From Eledone cirrhosa (Eukaryota), in the NCBI GenBank assembly GCA_964016885.1, contig OZ024743.1, positions 62,558,001 through 62,622,000 of the forward strand: DNA of 64,000 nucleotides, in the 5' to 3' direction. Made by a program: the position numbers and the translations under genes. Of the stretch, positions 1-15,000 are shown piece after piece; position 1 is the first letter of the stretch; each line of letters begins with the position of its first letter. The notes under the pieces are model-generated. The model was given only the letters and a program-made list of their open reading frames with translations, was not told the origin of the DNA and did not search any database.

Positions 1-3000
1 GTTATAGTAGTCATTGCTGTAGTAGTAGTTGTTGTAGTTGCTGTTGTTATAGTAGTCATTGTTGTAGTAGTAGTTGTTGTTGTAGTTGTTGTTATAGTAG
101 TCATTGCTGTAGTAGTAGTTGTTGTTGTAGTTGTTGTTATAGTAGTCATTGCTGTAGTAGTAGTTGTTGTAGTAGTAGTTGTTGTTGTAGTTGTTGTTAT
201 AGTAGTCATTGTTGTAGTAGTAGTTGTTGTTGTAGTTGTTGTTATAGTAGTCATTGTTGTAGTAGTAGTTGTTGTTGTAGTAGTTGTTATAGTAGTCATT
301 GCTGTAGTAGTAGTTGTTGTAGTTGTTGTTGTTATAGTAGTCATTGTTGTAGTAGTAGTTGTTGTAGTTGTTGTTGTTATAGTAGTCATTGTTGTAGTAG
401 TAGTTGTTGTAGTTGTTGTTGTTATAGTAGTCATTGCTGTAGTAGTAGTTGTTGTAGTTGTTGTTGTTATAGTAGTCATTGTTGTAGTAGTAGTTGTTGT
501 AGTTGTTGTTGTTATAGTAGTCATTGTTGTAGTAGTAGTTGTTGTTGTAGTTGTTGTTATAGTAGTCATTGCTGTAGTAGTAGTTGTTGTTGTAGTTGTT
601 GTTATAGAAGTCATTGTTGTAGTAGTTGTTGTTGTAGTTGTTGTTGTTATAGTAGTCATTGCTGTAGTAGTAGTTGTTGTAGTTGTTGTTGTTATAGTAG
701 TCATTGTTGTAGTAGTAGTTGTTGTAGTTGTTGTTGTTATAGTAGTCATTGTTGTAGTAGTAGTTGTTGTTGTAGTTGTTGTTATAGTAGTCATTGCTGT
801 AGTAGTAGTTGTTGTTGTAGTTGTTGTTATAGTAGTCATTGTTGTAGTAGTAGTTGTTGTAGTTGTTGTTGTTATAGTAGTCATTGCTGTAGTAGTAGTT
901 GTTGTAGTAGTTGTTGTTATAGTAGTCATTGTTGTAGTAGTAGTTGTTGTAGTTGTTGTTGTTATAGTAGTCATTGCTGTAGTAGTAGTTGTTGTAGTTG
1001 TTGTTGTTATAGTAGTCATTGTTGTAGTAGTAGTTGTTGTAGTTGTTGTTGTTATAGTTGTCATTGCTGTAGTAGTAGTTGTTGTAGTTGCTGTTGTTAT
1101 AGTAGTCATTGTAGTAGTAGTAGTTGTTGTAGTAGTTGTTGTTATAGTAGTCATTGCTGTAGTTGTAGTTGTGGTAGTTGTTGTTGTTATAGTAGTCATT
1201 GCTGTAGTAGTAGTTGTTGTAGTTGTTGTTGTTATAGTAGTGATTGCTGTATTAGTAGTTGTTGTAGTTGCTGTTGTTATAGTAGTCATTGCTGTAGTAG
1301 TAGTAGCTGTTGTAGTTGTTGTTATAGTAGTCATTGCTGTAGAAGTAGTTGTTGTTGTAGTTGTTGTTATAGTAGTCATTGCTGTAGTAGTAGTTGTTGT
1401 TGTAGTTGTTGTTATAGTAGTCATTGCTGTAGTAGTAGTTGTTGTAGTTGCTGTTGTTATAGTAGTCGTTGCTGTAGCAGTAGTTGTTGTAGTAGTTGTT
1501 GTTATAGTAGTCATTGCTGTAGTAGTAGTTGTTGTAGTTGTTGTTGTTATAGTAGTCATTGTTGTAGTAGTAGTTGTTGTTGTAGTTGTTGTTATAGTAG
1601 TCATTGCTCTAGTAGTAGTTGTTGTTGTAGTTGTTGTTATAGTAGTCATTGTTGTAGTAGTTGTTGTTGTAGTTGTTGTTGTTATAGTAGTCATTGCTGT
1701 AGTAGTAGTAGTTGTAGTAGTAGTTGTTGTAGTTGTTGTTGTTATAGTAGTCATTGCTGTAGTAGTTGTTGTTGTAGTTGCTGTTGTTATAGTAGCCATT
1801 GCTGTAGTAGTAGTTGTTGTAGTTGTTGTTGTGATAGTAGTCATTGCTGTAGTAGTAGTTGTTGTAGTAGTTGTTGTTATAGTACTCATTGCTGTAGTAG
1901 TAGTTGTTGTAGTAGTTGTTGTTATAGTAGTCATTACTGTAGTAGTAGTTGTTGTAGTTGTTGTTGTTATAGTAGTCATTGCTGTAGTTGTAGTTGTTGT
2001 AGTAGTAGTTGTTATAGTAGTCATTGCTGTAGTAGTAGTTGTTGTAGTAGTAGTTGTTGTAGTTGTTGTTGTTATAGTAGTCATTGCTGTAGTAGTTGTT
2101 GTAGTAGTAGTTGTTGTTATAGTAGTAGTTGTTGTAGTTGTTGTTGTTATAGTAGTCATTTCTGTAGTAGTAGTTGTTGTAGTTGCTGTTGTTATAGTAG
2201 TCATTGCTGTAGTAGTAGTTGTTGTTGTAGTTGTTGTTATAGTAGTCATTGCTGTAGTAGTAGTTGTTGTAGTTGCTGTTGTTATAGTAGTCATTGTTGT
2301 AGTAGTAGTTGTAGTAGTTGTTGTTATAGTAGTCATTGCTGTAGTAGTAGTTGTTGTAGTTGTTGTTGTTATAGTAGTCATTTCTGTAGTAGTAGTTGTT
2401 GTAGTTGCTGTTGTTATAGTAGTCATTGCTGTAGTAGTAGTTGTTGTTGTAGTTGTTGTTATAGTAGTCATTGCTGTAGTAGTAGTTGTTGTAGTTGTGG
2501 TTGTTATAGTAGTCATTGTTGTAGTAGTAGTTGTTGTAGTTGTTGTTGTTATAGTAGTCATTGTTGTAGTAGTAGTAGTTGTAGTTGTTGTTGTTATAGT
2601 AGTCATTGTTGTAGTAGTAGTTGTTGTTGTAGTTGTTGTTATAGTAGTCATTGCTGTAGTAGTTGTTGTTGTAGTTGTTGTTGTTATAGTAGTCATTGCT
2701 GTATTAGTAGTTGTTGTAGTTGCTGTTGTTATAGTAGTCATTGTTGTAGTAGTAGTTGTTGTTGTAGTTGTTGTTATAGTAGTCATTGCTGTAGTAGTAG
2801 TTGTTGTTGTAGTTGTTGTTATAGTAGTCATTGCTGTAGTAGTAGTTGTTGTAGTAGTAGTTGTTGTTGTAGTTGTTGTTATAGTAGTCATTGTTGTAGT
2901 AGTAGTTGTTGTAGTTGTTGTTGTTATAGTAGTCATTGCTGTAGTAGTAGTTGTTGTAGTTGCTGTTGTTATAGTAGTCATTGTTGTAGTAGTTGTTGTT

Positions 3001-6000
3001 GTAGTTGTTGTTGTTATAGTAGTCATTGCTGTAGTAGTAGTTGTTGTAGTTGCTGTTGTTATAGTAGTCATTGTTGTAGTAGTAGTTGTTGTTGTAGTTG
3101 TTGTTATAGTAGTCATTGCTGTAGTAGTAGTTGTTGTTGTAGTTGTTGTTATAGTAGTCATTGCTGTAGTAGTAGTTGTTGTAGTAGTAGTTGTTGTTGT
3201 AGTTGTTGTTATAGTAGTCATTGTTGTAGTAGTAGTTGTTGTTGTAGTAGTTGTTATAGTAGTCATTGCTGTAGTAGTAGTTGTTGTAGTTGTTGTTGTT
3301 ATAGTAGTCATTGCTGTAGTAGTAGTTGTTGTAGTTGTTGTTGTTATAGTAGTCATTGTTGTAGTAGTAGTTGTTGTAGTTGTTGTTGTTATAGTAGTCA
3401 TTGCTGTAGTAGTAGTTGTTGTAGTTGTTGTTGTTATAGTAGTCATTGTTGTAGTAGTAGTTGTTGTAGTTGTTGTTGTTATAGTAGTCATTGTTGTAGT
3501 AGTAGTTGTTGTTGTAGTTGTTGTTATAGTAGTCATTGCTGTAGTAGTAGTTGTTGTAGTTGTTGTTGTTATAGTAGTCATTGTTGTAGTAGTAGTTGTT
3601 GTAGTTGTTGTTGTAGTAGTCATTGTTGTAGTAGTAGTTGTTGTAGTTGTTGTTGTGATAGTAGTCATTGTTGTAGTAGTAGTTGTTGTTATAGTAGTCA
3701 TTGCTGTAGTAGTAGTTGTTGTAGTTGCTGTTGTTATAGTAGTCATTGTTGTAGTAGTAGTTGTTGTAGTTGCTGTTGTTATAGCAGTCATTGCTGTAGT
3801 TGTAGTTGCTGTTGTTATAGTAGTCATTGCTGTAGTAGTAGTTGTTGTAGTTGTTGTTGTAGTAGTCATTGCTGTAGTAGTAGTTGTTGTAGTTGTTGTT
3901 GTGATAGTAGTCATTGCTGTAGTAGTAGTTGTTGTAGTTGTTGTTGTTATAGTAGTCATTGCTGTAGTAGTAGTTGTTGTAGTTGTTGTTGTAGTAGTCA
4001 TTACTGTAGTAGTAGTTGTTGTAGTAGTTGTTGTTATAGTAGTCATTGCTGTAGTAGTAGTTGTTGTAGTAGTTGTTGTTATAGTAGTCATTGCTGTAGT
4101 AGTAGTTGTTGTAGTTGTTGTTGTTATAGTAGTCATTGCTGTATTAATAGTTGTTGTAGTAGTTGTTGTTATAGTAGTCATTGCTGTAGTAGTTGTTGTA
4201 GTAGTAGATGTTGTTATAGTAGTAATTGCTGTAGTAGTAGTTGTTGTAGTAGTTGTTGTTATAGTAGTCATTGCAGTAGTAGTAGTTGTTGTAGTTGTTG
4301 TTGTTATAGTAGTCATTGCTGTAGTAGTAGTTGTTGTAGTTGTTGTTGTAATAGTAGTCATTGCTGTAGTAGTAGTTGTTGTAGTAGTTGTTGTTATAGT
4401 AGTCATTGCTGTAGTAGTAGTAGTTGTAGTAGTAGTTGTTGTAGTTGTTGTTGTTATAGTAGTCATTGCTGTAGTAGTTGTTGTTGTAGTTGCTGTTGTT
4501 ATAGTAGTCATTGCTGTAGTAGTAGTTGTTGTAGTTGTTGTTGTGATAGTAGTCATTGCTGTAGTAGTAGTTGTTGTAGTAGTTGTTGTTATAGTACTCA
4601 TTGCTGTAGTAGTAGTTGTTGTAGTAGTTGTTGTTATAGTAGTCATTGCTGTAGTAGTAGTTGTTGTAGTTGTTGTTGTTATAGTAGTCATTGCTGTAGT
4701 TGTAGTTGTTGTAGTAGTAGTTGTTATAGTAGTCATTGCTGTAGTAGTAGTTGTTGTAGTAGTAGTTGTTGTAGTTGTTGTTGTTATAGTAGTCATTGCT
4801 GTAGTAGTTGATGTAGTAGTAGTTGTTGTTATAGTAGTCATTGCTGTAGTAGTAGTTGTTGTTGTAGTTGTTGTTATAGTAGCCATTGCTGTAGTAGTAG
4901 TTGTTGTTGTAGTTGTTGTTATAGTAGTCATTGTTGTAGTAGTAGTTGTTGTAGTTGTTGTTGTTATAGTAGTCATTGCTGTAGTAGTAGTTGTTGTAGT
5001 TGCTGTTGTTATAGTAGTCATTGTTGTAGTAGTAGTTGTAGTAGTTGTTGTTATAGTAGTCATTGTTGTAGTAGTAGTTGTTGTTGTAGTTGTTGTTATA
5101 GTAGTCATTGCTGTAGTAGTAGTTGTTGTAGTTGCTGTTGTTATAGTAGTCATTGTTGTAGTAGTAGTTGTTGTTGTAGTTGTTGTTATAGTAGTCATTG
5201 CTGTAGTAGTAGTTGTAGTAGTTGTTGTTATAGTAGTCATTGTTGTAGTAGTTGTTGTTGTTGTAGTTGTTGTTATAGTAGTCATTGTTGTAGTAGTTGT
5301 TGTTGTAGTTGTTGTTGTTATAGTAGTCATTGCTGTAGTAGTAGTTGTTGTAGTTGTTGTTGTTATAGTCGTCATTGCTGTAGTAGTAGTTGTAGTAGTA
5401 GTTGTTGTTATAGTAGTCATTGTTGTAGCAGTAGTTGTTGTAGTAGTTGTTGGTATAGTAGTCATTGCTGTAGTAGTAGTTGTTGTAGTAGTTGTTGTTA
5501 TAGTAGTCATTGCTGTAGTAGTAGTTGTTGTAGTAGTTGTTGTTATAGTAGTCATTGCTGTAGTAGTAGTTGTTGTTGTAGTTGTTGTTATAGTAGTCAT
5601 TGTTGTAGTAGTAGTTGTTGTAGTTGTTGTTGTTATAGTAGTCATTGCTGTAGTAGTAGTTGTTGTAGTTGCTGTTGTTATAGTAGTCATTGTTGTAGTA
5701 GTAGTTGTAGTAGTTGTTGTTATAGTAGTCATTGTTGTAGTAGTAGTTGTTGTTGTAGTTGTTGTTATAGTAGTCATTGCTGTAGTAGTAGTTGTTGTAG
5801 TTGCTGTTGTTATAGTAGTCATTGTTGTAGTAGTAGTTGTTGTTGTAGTTGTTGTTATAGTAGTCATTGCTGTAGTAGTAGTTGTAGTAGTTGTTGTTAT
5901 AGTAGTCATTGTTGTAGTAGTTGTTGTTGTTGTAGTTGTTGTTATAGTAGTCATTGTTGTAGTAGTTGTTGTTGTAGTTGTTGTTGTTATAGTAGTCATT

Positions 6001-9000
6001 GCTGTAGTAGTAGTTGTTGTAGTTGTTGTTGTTATAGTCGTCATTGCTGTAGTAGTAGTTGTAGTAGTAGTTGTTGTTATAGTAGTCATTGTTGTAGCAG
6101 TAGTTGTTGTAGTAGTTGTTGGTATAGTAGTCATTGCTGTAGTAGTAGTTGTTGTAGTAGTTGTTGTTATAGTAGTCATTGCTGTAGTAGTAGTTGTTGT
6201 AGTAGTTGTTGTTATAGTAGTCATTGCTGTAGTAGTAGTTGTAGTAGTTGTTGTTATAGTAGTCATTGCTGTAGTAGTAGTTGTAGTAGTTGTTGTTATA
6301 GTAGTCATTGTTGTAGTAGTAGTTGTTGTTGTAGTTGTTGTTATAGTAGTCATTGCTGTAGTAGTTGTTGTTGTAGTTGTTGTTGTTATAGTAGTCATTG
6401 CTGTAGTAGTAGTTGTTGTAGTTGCTGTTGTTATAGTAGTCATTGTTGTAGTAGTAGTTGTTGTTGTAGTTGTTGTTATAGTAGTCATTGCTGTAGTAGT
6501 AGTTGTTGTTGTAGTTGTTGTTATAGTAGTCATTGCTGTAGTAGTAGTTGTTGTAGTAGTAGTTGTTGTTGTAGTTGTTGTTATAGTAGTCATTGTTGTA
6601 GTAGTAGTTGTTGTAGTTGTTGTTGTTATAGTAGTCATTGCTGTAGTAGTAGTTGTTGTAGTTGCTGTTGTTATAGTAGTCATTGTTGTAGTAGTTGTTG
6701 TTGTAGTTGTTGTTGTTATAGTAGTCATTGCTGTAGTAGTAGTTGTTGTAGTTGCTGTTGTTATAGTAGTCATTGTTGTAGTAGTAGTTGTTGTTGTAGT
6801 TGTTGTTATAGTAGTCATTGCTGTAGTAGTAGTTGTTGTTGTAGTTGTTGTTATAGTAGTCATTGCTGTAGTAGTAGTTGTTGTAGTAGTAGTTGTTGTT
6901 GTAGTTGTTGTTATAGTAGTCATTGTTGTAGTAGTAGTTGTTGTTGTAGTTGTTGTTATAGTAGTCATTGTTGTAGTAGTAGTTGTTGTTGTAGTAGTTG
7001 TTATAGTAGTCATTGCTGTAGTAGTAGTTGTTGTAGTTGTTGTTGTTATAGTAGTCATTGTTGTAGTAGTAGTTGTTGTAGTTGTTGTTGTTATAGTAGT
7101 CATTGTTGTAGTAGTAGTTGTTGTAGTTGTTGTTGTTATAGTAGTCGTTGCTGTAGTAGTAGTTGTTGTAGTTGTTGTTGTTATAGTAGTCATTGTTGTA
7201 GTAGTAGTTGTTGTAGTTGTTGTTGTTATAGTAGTCATTGTTGTAGTAGTAGTTGTTGTTGTAGTTGTTGTTATAGTAGTCATTGCTGTAGTAGTAGTTG
7301 TTGTTGTAGTTGTTGTTATAGAAGTCATTGTTGTAGTAGTTGTTGTTGTAGTTGTTGTTGTTATAGTAGTCATTGCTGTAGTAGTAGTTGTTGTAGTTGT
7401 TGTTGTTATAGTAGTCATTGTTGTAGTAGTAGTTGTTGTAGTTGTTGTTGTTATAGTAGTCATTGTTGTAGTAGTAGTTGTTGTTGTAGTTGTTGTTATA
7501 GTAGTCATTGCTGTAGTAGTAGTTGTTGTTGTAGTTGTTGTTATAGTAGTCATTGTTGTAGTAGTAGTTGTTGTAGTTGTTGTTGTTATAGTAGTCATTG
7601 CTGTAGTAGTAGTTGTTGTAGTAGTTGTTGTTATAGTAGTCATTGTTGTAGTAGTAGTTGTTGTAGTTGTTGTTGTTATAGTAGTCATTGCTGTAGTAGT
7701 AGTTGTTGTAGTTGTTGTTGTTATAGTAGTCATTGTTGTAGTAGTAGTTGTTGTAGTTGTTGTTGTTATAGTTGTCATTGCTGTAGTAGTAGTTGTTGTA
7801 GTTGCTGTTGTTATAGTAGTCATTGTAGTAGTAGTAGTTGTTGTAGTAGTTGTTGTTATAGTAGTCATTGCTGTAGTTGTAGTTGTGGTAGTTGTTGTTG
7901 TTATAGTAGTCATTGCTGTAGTAGTAGTTGTTGTAGTTGTTGTTGTTATAGTAGTGATTGCTGTATTAGTAGTTGTTGTAGTTGCTGTTGTTATAGTAGT
8001 CATTGCTGTAGTAGTAGTAGCTGTTGTAGTTGTTGTTATAGTAGTCATTGCTGTAGAAGTAGTTGTTGTTGTAGTTGTTGTTATAGTAGTCATTGCTGTA
8101 GTAGTAGTTGTTGTTGTAGTTGTTGTTATAGTAGTCATTGCTGTAGTAGTAGTTGTTGTAGTTGCTGTTGTTATAGTAGTCGTTGCTGTAGCAGTAGTTG
8201 TTGTAGTAGTTGTTGTTATAGTAGTCATTGCTGTAGTAGTAGTTGTTGTAGTTGTTGTTGTTATAGTAGTCATTGTTGTAGTAGTAGTTGTTGTTGTAGT
8301 TGTTGTTATAGTAGTCATTGCTGTAGTAGTAGTTGTTGTTGTAGTTGTTGTTATAGTAGTCATTGTTGTAGTAGTTGTTGTTGTAGTTGTTGTTGTTATA
8401 GTAGTCATTGCTGTAGTAGTAGTTGTTGTAGTTGTTGTTGTTATAGTAGTCATTGTTGTAGTAGTAGTTGTTGTAGTTGTTGTTGTTATAGTAGTCATTG
8501 TTGTAGTAGTAGTTGTTGTTGTAGTTGTTGTTATAGTAGTCATTGCTGTAGTAGTAGTTGTTGTTGTAGTTGTTGTTATAGTAGTCATGTTGTAGTAGTA
8601 GTTGTTGTAGTAGTTGTTGTTATAGTAGTCATTGCTGTAGTAGTAGTTGTTGTAGTTGCTGTTGTTATAGTAGTCATTGTTGTAGTAGTAGTTGTTGTAG
8701 TAGTAGTTGTTATAGTAGTCATTGCTGTAGTAGTATTTGTTGTAGTTGCTGTTGTTATAGTAGTCATTGTTGTAGTAGTAGTAGTTGTTGTAGTAGTAGT
8801 TGTTATAGTAGTCATTGCTGTAGTAGTAGTTGTTGTAGTTGTTGTTGTTATAGTAGTCATTGTTGTAGTAGTAGTTGTTGTAGTTGCTGTTGTTATAGTA
8901 GTCATTGCTGTAGTAGTAGTTGTTGTTGTAGTTGTTGTTATAGTAGTCATTGTTGTAGTAGTAGTTGTTGTAGTTGTTGTTGTTATAGTAGTCATTGCTG

Positions 9001-12000
9001 TAGTAGTAGTTGTTGTTGTAGTTGTTGTTATAGTAGTCATTGCTGTAGTAGTAGTTGTTGTTGTAGTTGTTGTTATAGTAGTCATTGCAGTAGTAGTAGT
9101 TGTTGTAGTTGTTGTTGTTATAGTAGTCATTGCTGTAGTAGTAGTTGTTGTAGTTGTTGTTATAGTAGTCATTGCTGTAGTAGTAGTTGTTGTAGTTGTT
9201 GTTGTTATAGTAGTCATTGTTGTAGTAGTAGTTGTTGTAGTTGATGTTGTTATAGTAGTCATTGCTGTAGTAGTAGTTGTTGTAGTTGCTGTTGTTATAG
9301 TAGTCATTGTAGTAGTAGTAGTTGTTGTAGTAGTTGTTGTTATAGTAGTCATTGCTGTAGTTGTAGTTGTGGTAGTTGTTGTTGTTATAGTAGTCATTGC
9401 TGTAGTAGTAGTTGTTGTAGTTGTTGTTGTTATAGTAGTGATTGCTGTATTAGTAGTTGTTGTAGTTGCTGTTGTTATAGTAGTCATTGCTGTAGTAGTA
9501 GTAGCTGTTGTAGTTGTTGTTATAGTAGTCATTGCTGTAGAAGTAGTTGTTGTTGTAGTTGTTGTTATAGTAGTCATTGCTGTAGTAGTAGTTGTTGTTG
9601 TAGTTGTTGTTATAGTAGTCATTGCTGTAGTAGTAGTTGTTGTAGTTGCTGTTGTTATAGTAGTCATTGCTGTAGTAGTAGTTGTTGTAGTAGTTGTTGT
9701 TATAGTAGTCATTGCTGTAGTAGTAGTTGTTGTAGTTGCTGTTATAGTAGTCATTGCTGTAGTAGTAGTTGTTGTAGTTGCTGTTATAGTAGTCATTGCT
9801 GTAGTAGTAGTTGTTGTAGTTGTTGTTGTTATAGTAGTCATTGCTGTAGTAGTAGTTCTTGTAGTTGCTGTTATAGTGGTCATTGTTGTAGTAGTAGTTG
9901 TTGTAGTTGTTGTTGTTATAGTAGTCATTGCTGTAGTAGTAGTTGTTGTAGTTGCTGTTGTTATAGTAGTCATTGCTGTAGTTGTAGTTGTTGTTGTAGT
10001 TGTTGTTATAGTAGTCATTGCTGTAGTTGTAGTTGTTGTAGTTGTTGTTGTTATAGTAGTCATTGCTGTAGTAGTAGTTGTTGTAGTTGCTGTTGTTATA
10101 GTAGTCATTGCTGTAGTTGTAGTTGTTGTAGTTGTTGTTGTTATAGTAGTCATTGCTGTAGTAGTAGTTGTTGTAGTTGTTGTTGTTATAGTAGTCATTG
10201 CTGTAGTTGTAGTTGTTGTAGTAGTAGTTGTTATAGTAGTCATTGCTGTAGTAGTAGTTGTTGTAGTAGTTGTTGTTATAGTAGTCATTGCTGTAGTAGT
10301 AGTTGTTGTAGTAGTAGTTGTTGTAGTTGTTGTTGTTATAGTAGTCATTGCTGTAGTAGTAGTTGTTGTTATAGTAGTCATTGCTGTAGTAGTAGTTGTT
10401 GTAGTTGTTGTTGTTATAGTAGTCATTGCTGTTGTAGTAGTTGTTGTAGTAGTTGTTGTTATAGTAGTCATTGCTGTAGTAGTAGTTGTTGTAGTAGTAG
10501 TTGTTGTAGTTGTTGTTGTTATAGTAGTCATTGCTGTAGTAGTAGTTGTTGTAGTTGTTGTTGTTATAGTAGTCATTGCTGTAGTAGTAGTTGTTGTAGT
10601 AGTTGTTGTTATAGTAGTCATTGCTGTAGTAGTAGTTGTTGTAGTAGTAGTTGTTGTAGTTGTTGTTGTTATAGTAGTCATTGCTGTAGTAGTAGTTGTT
10701 GTTATAGTAGTCATTGCTGTAGTAGTAGTTGTTGTAGTTGTTGTTGTTATAGTAGTCATTGCTGTTGTAGTAGTTGTTGTAGTAGTTGTTGTTATAGTAG
10801 TCATTGCTGTAGTAGTAGTTGTTGTAGTAGTTGTTGTTATAGTAGTCATTCCTGTAGTAGTAGTTGTTGTAGTTGTTGTTGTGATTGTAGTCATTGCTGT
10901 AGTAGTAGTTGTTGTAGTTGCTGTTGTTATAGTAGTCATTGTTGTAGTAGTAGTTGTTGTTGTAGTTGTTGTTATAGTAGTCATTTATGTAGTAGTAGTT
11001 GTTGTAGTTGTTGTTGTTATAGTAGTCATTGCTGTAGTAGTAGTTGTTGTTATAGTAGTCATTGCTGTAGTAGTAGTTGTTGTAGTTGTTGTTGTTATAG
11101 TAGTCATTGCTGTAGTAGTAGTTGTTGTAGTTGTTGTTGTTATAGTAGTCATTGCTGTAGTAGTAGTTGTTGTTGTTATAGTAGTCATTGCTGTAGTAGT
11201 AGTTGTTGTAGTTGTTGTTGTTATAGTAGTCATTGTTGTAGTAGTAGTTGTTGTAGTTGATGTTGTTATAGTAGTCATTGCTGTAGTAGTAGTTGTTGTA
11301 GTTGCTGTTGTTATAGTAGTCATTGTAGTAGTAGTAGTTGTTGTAGTAGTTGTTGTTATAGTAGTCATTGCTGTAGTTGTAGTTGTGGTAGTTGTTGTTG
11401 TTATAGTAGTCATTGCTGTAGTAGTAGTTGTTGTAGTTGTTGTTGTTATAGTAGTGATTGCTGTATTAGTAGTTGTTGTAGTTGCTGTTGTTATAGTAGT
11501 CATTGCTGTAGTAGTAGTAGCTGTTGTAGTTGTTGTTATAGTAGTCATTGCTGTAGAAGTAGTTGTTGTTGTAGTTGTTGTTATAGTAGTCATTGCTGTA
11601 GTAGTAGTTGTTGTTGTAGTTGTTGTTATAGTAGTCATTGCTGTAGTAGTAGTTGTTGTAGTTGCTGTTGTTATAGTAGTCATTGCTGTAGTAGTAGTTG
11701 TTGTAGTAGTTGTTGTTATAGTAGTCATTGCTGTAGTAGTAGTTGTTGTAGTTGCTGTTATAGTAGTCATTGCTGTAGTAGTAGTTGTTGTAGTTGCTGT
11801 TATAGTAGTCATTGCTGTAGTAGTAGTTGTTGTAGTTGTTGTTGTTATAGTAGTCATTGCTGTAGTAGTAGTTCTTGTAGTTGCTGTTATAGTGGTCATT
11901 GTTGTAGTAGTAGTTGTTGTAGTTGTTGTTGTTATAGTAGTCATTGCTGTAGTAGTAGTTGTTGTAGTTGCTGTTGTTATAGTAGTCATTGCTGTAGTTG

Positions 12001-15000
12001 TAGTTGTTGTTGTAGTTGTTGTTATAGTAGTCATTGCTGTAGTTGTAGTTGTTGTAGTTGTTGTTGTTATAGTAGTCATTGCTGTAGTAGTAGTTGTTGT
12101 AGTTGCTGTTGTTATAGTAGTCATTGCTGTAGTTGTAGTTGTTGTAGTTGTTGTTGTTATAGTAGTCATTGCTGTAGTAGTAGTTGTTGTAGTTGTTGTT
12201 GTTATAGTAGTCATTGCTGTAGTTGTAGTTGTTGTAGTAGTAGTTGTTATAGTAGTCATTGCTGTAGTAGTAGTTGTTGTAGTAGTTGTTGTTATAGTAG
12301 TCATTGCTGTAGTAGTAGTTGTTGTAGTAGTAGTTGTTGTAGTTGTTGTTGTTATAGTAGTCATTGCTGTAGTAGTAGTTGTTGTTATAGTAGTCATTGC
12401 TGTAGTAGTAGTTGTTGTAGTTGTTGTTGTTATAGTAGTCATTGCTGTTGTAGTAGTTGTTGTAGTAGTTGTTGTTATAGTAGTCATTGCTGTAGTAGTA
12501 GTTGTTGTAGTAGTAGTTGTTGTAGTTGTTGTTGTTATAGTAGTCATTGCTGTAGTAGTAGTTGTTGTAGTTGTTGTTGTTATAGTAGTCATTGCTGTAG
12601 TAGTAGTTGTTGTAGTAGTTGTTGTTATAGTAGTCATTGCTGTAGTAGTAGTTGCTGTAGTAGTAGTTGTTGTAGTTGTTGTTGTTATAGTAGTCATTGC
12701 TGTAGTAGTAGTTGTTGTTATAGTAGTCATTGCTGTAGTAGTAGTTGTTGTAGTTGTTGTTGTTATAGTAGTCATTGCTGTTGTAGTAGTTGTTGTAGTA
12801 GTTGTTGTTATAGTAGTCATTGCTGTAGTAGTAGTTGTTGTAGTAGTTGTTGTTATAGTAGTCATTCCTGTAGTAGTAGTTGTTGTAGTTGTTGTTGTGA
12901 TTGTAGTCATTGCTGTAGTAGTAGTTGTTGTAGTTGCTGTTGTTATAGTAGTCATTGTTGTAGTAGTAGTTGTTGTTGTAGTTGTTGTTATAGTAGTCAT
13001 TTATGTAGTAGTAGTTGTTGTAGTTGTTGTTGTTATAGTAGTCATTGCTGTAGTAGTAGTTGTTGTTATAGTAGTCATTGCTGTAGTAGTAGTTGTTGTA
13101 GTTGTTGTTGTTATAGTAGTCATTGCTGTAGTAGTAGTTGTTGTAGTTGTTGTTGTTATAGTAGTCATTGCTGTAGTAGTAGTTGTTGTTGTTATAGTAG
13201 TCATTGCTGTAGTAGTAGTTGTTGTAGTTGTTGTTGTTATAGTAGTCATTGCTGTAGTAGTTGTTGTAGTAGTAGTTGTTGTTATAGTAGTCATTGCTGT
13301 AGTAGTAGTTGTAGTAGTAGTTGTTGTTATAGTAGTCATTGCTGTAGTAGTAGTTGTTGTAGTAGTTGTTGTTATAGTAGTCATTGCTGTAGTAGTTGTT
13401 GTAGTAGTAGTTGTTGTTATAGTAGTAATTGCTGTAGTAGTAGTTGTTGTAGTAGTTGTTGTTATAGTAGTCATTGCTGTAGTAGTAGTTGTTGTAGTTG
13501 TTGTTGTGATAGTAGTCATTGCAGTAGTAGTAGTTGTTGTAGTTGTTGTTGTTATAGTAGTCATTGATGTAGTAGTAGTTGTTGTAGTTGTTGTTGTTAT
13601 AGTAGTCATTGCTGTAGTAGTAGTTGTTGTAGTTGTTGTTGTGATAGTAGTCATTGCTGTAGTAGTAGTTGTTGTTATAGTAGTCATTGCTGTAGTAGTA
13701 GTTGTTGTAGTAGTAGTTGTTGTAGTTGTTGTTGTTATAGTAGTCATTGCTGTAGTAGTTGTTGTTGTAGTTCCTGTTGTTATAGTAGTCATTGCTGTAG
13801 TAGTAGTTGTTGTAGTAGTTGTCGTTATAGTAGTCATTGCTGTAGTAGTAGTTATTGTAGTAGTTGTTGTTATAGTAGTCATTGCTGTAGTAGTAGTTGT
13901 TGTAGTTGTTGTTGTTATAGTAGTCATTGCTGTAGTTGTAGTTGTTGTAGTAGTAGTTGTTATAGTAGTCATTGCTGTAGTAGTAGTTGTTGTAGTAGTA
14001 GTTGTTATAGTAGTCATTGCTGTAGTAGTAGTTGTTGTAGTAGTTGTTGTTATAGTAGTCATTGCTGTAGTAGTAGTTGTTGTAGTAGTAGTTGTTGTAG
14101 TTGTTGTTGTTATAGTAGTCATTGCTGTAGTAGTAGTTGTTGTTATAGTAGTCATTGCTGTAGTAGTAGTTGTTGTAGTAGTAGTTGTTGTAGTTGTTGT
14201 TGTTATAGTAGTCATTGCTGTAGTAGTAGTTGTTGTAGTTGCTGTTGTTATAGTAGTCATTGTTGTAGTAGTAGTTGTTGTTGTAGTTGTTGTTATAGTA
14301 GTCATTGCTGTAGTAGTAGTTGTTGTAGTTGTTGTTGTTATAGTAGTCATTGCTGTAGTAGTAGTTGTTGTTATAGTAGTCATTACTGTAGTAGTAGTTG
14401 TTGTTATAGTAGTCATTGCTGTAGTAGTAGTTGTTGTAGTTGTTGTTGTTATAGTAGTCATTGCTGTAGTAGTTGTTGTAGTAGTAGTTGTTGTTATAGT
14501 AGTCATTGCTTTAGTAGTAGTTGTAGTAGTTGTTGTTGTTATAGTAGTCATTGCTGTAGTAGTTGTTGTAGTAGTAGTTGTTGTTATAGTAGTAATTGCT
14601 GTAGTAGTAGTTGTTGTAGTAGTTGTTGTTATAGTAGTCATTGCTGTAGTAGTTGTTGTAGTAGTAGTTGTTGTTATAGTAGTAATTGCTGTAGTAGTAG
14701 TTGTTGTAGTAGTTGTTGTTATAGTAGTCATTGCTGTAGTAGTAGTTGTTGTTGTAGTTGTTGTTATAGTAGTCATTGTTGTAGTAGTTGTTGTAGTAGT
14801 AGTTGTTGTTATAGTAGTAATTGCTGTAGTAGTAGTTGTTGTAGTAGTTGTTGTTATAGTAGTCATTGCTGTAGTAGTTGTTGTAGTAGTAGTTGTTGTT
14901 ATAGTAGTAATTGCTGTAGTAGTAGTTGTTGTAGTAGTTGTTGTTATAGTAGTCATTGCTGTAGTAGTAGTTGTTGTAGTTGTTGTTGTGATAGTAGTCA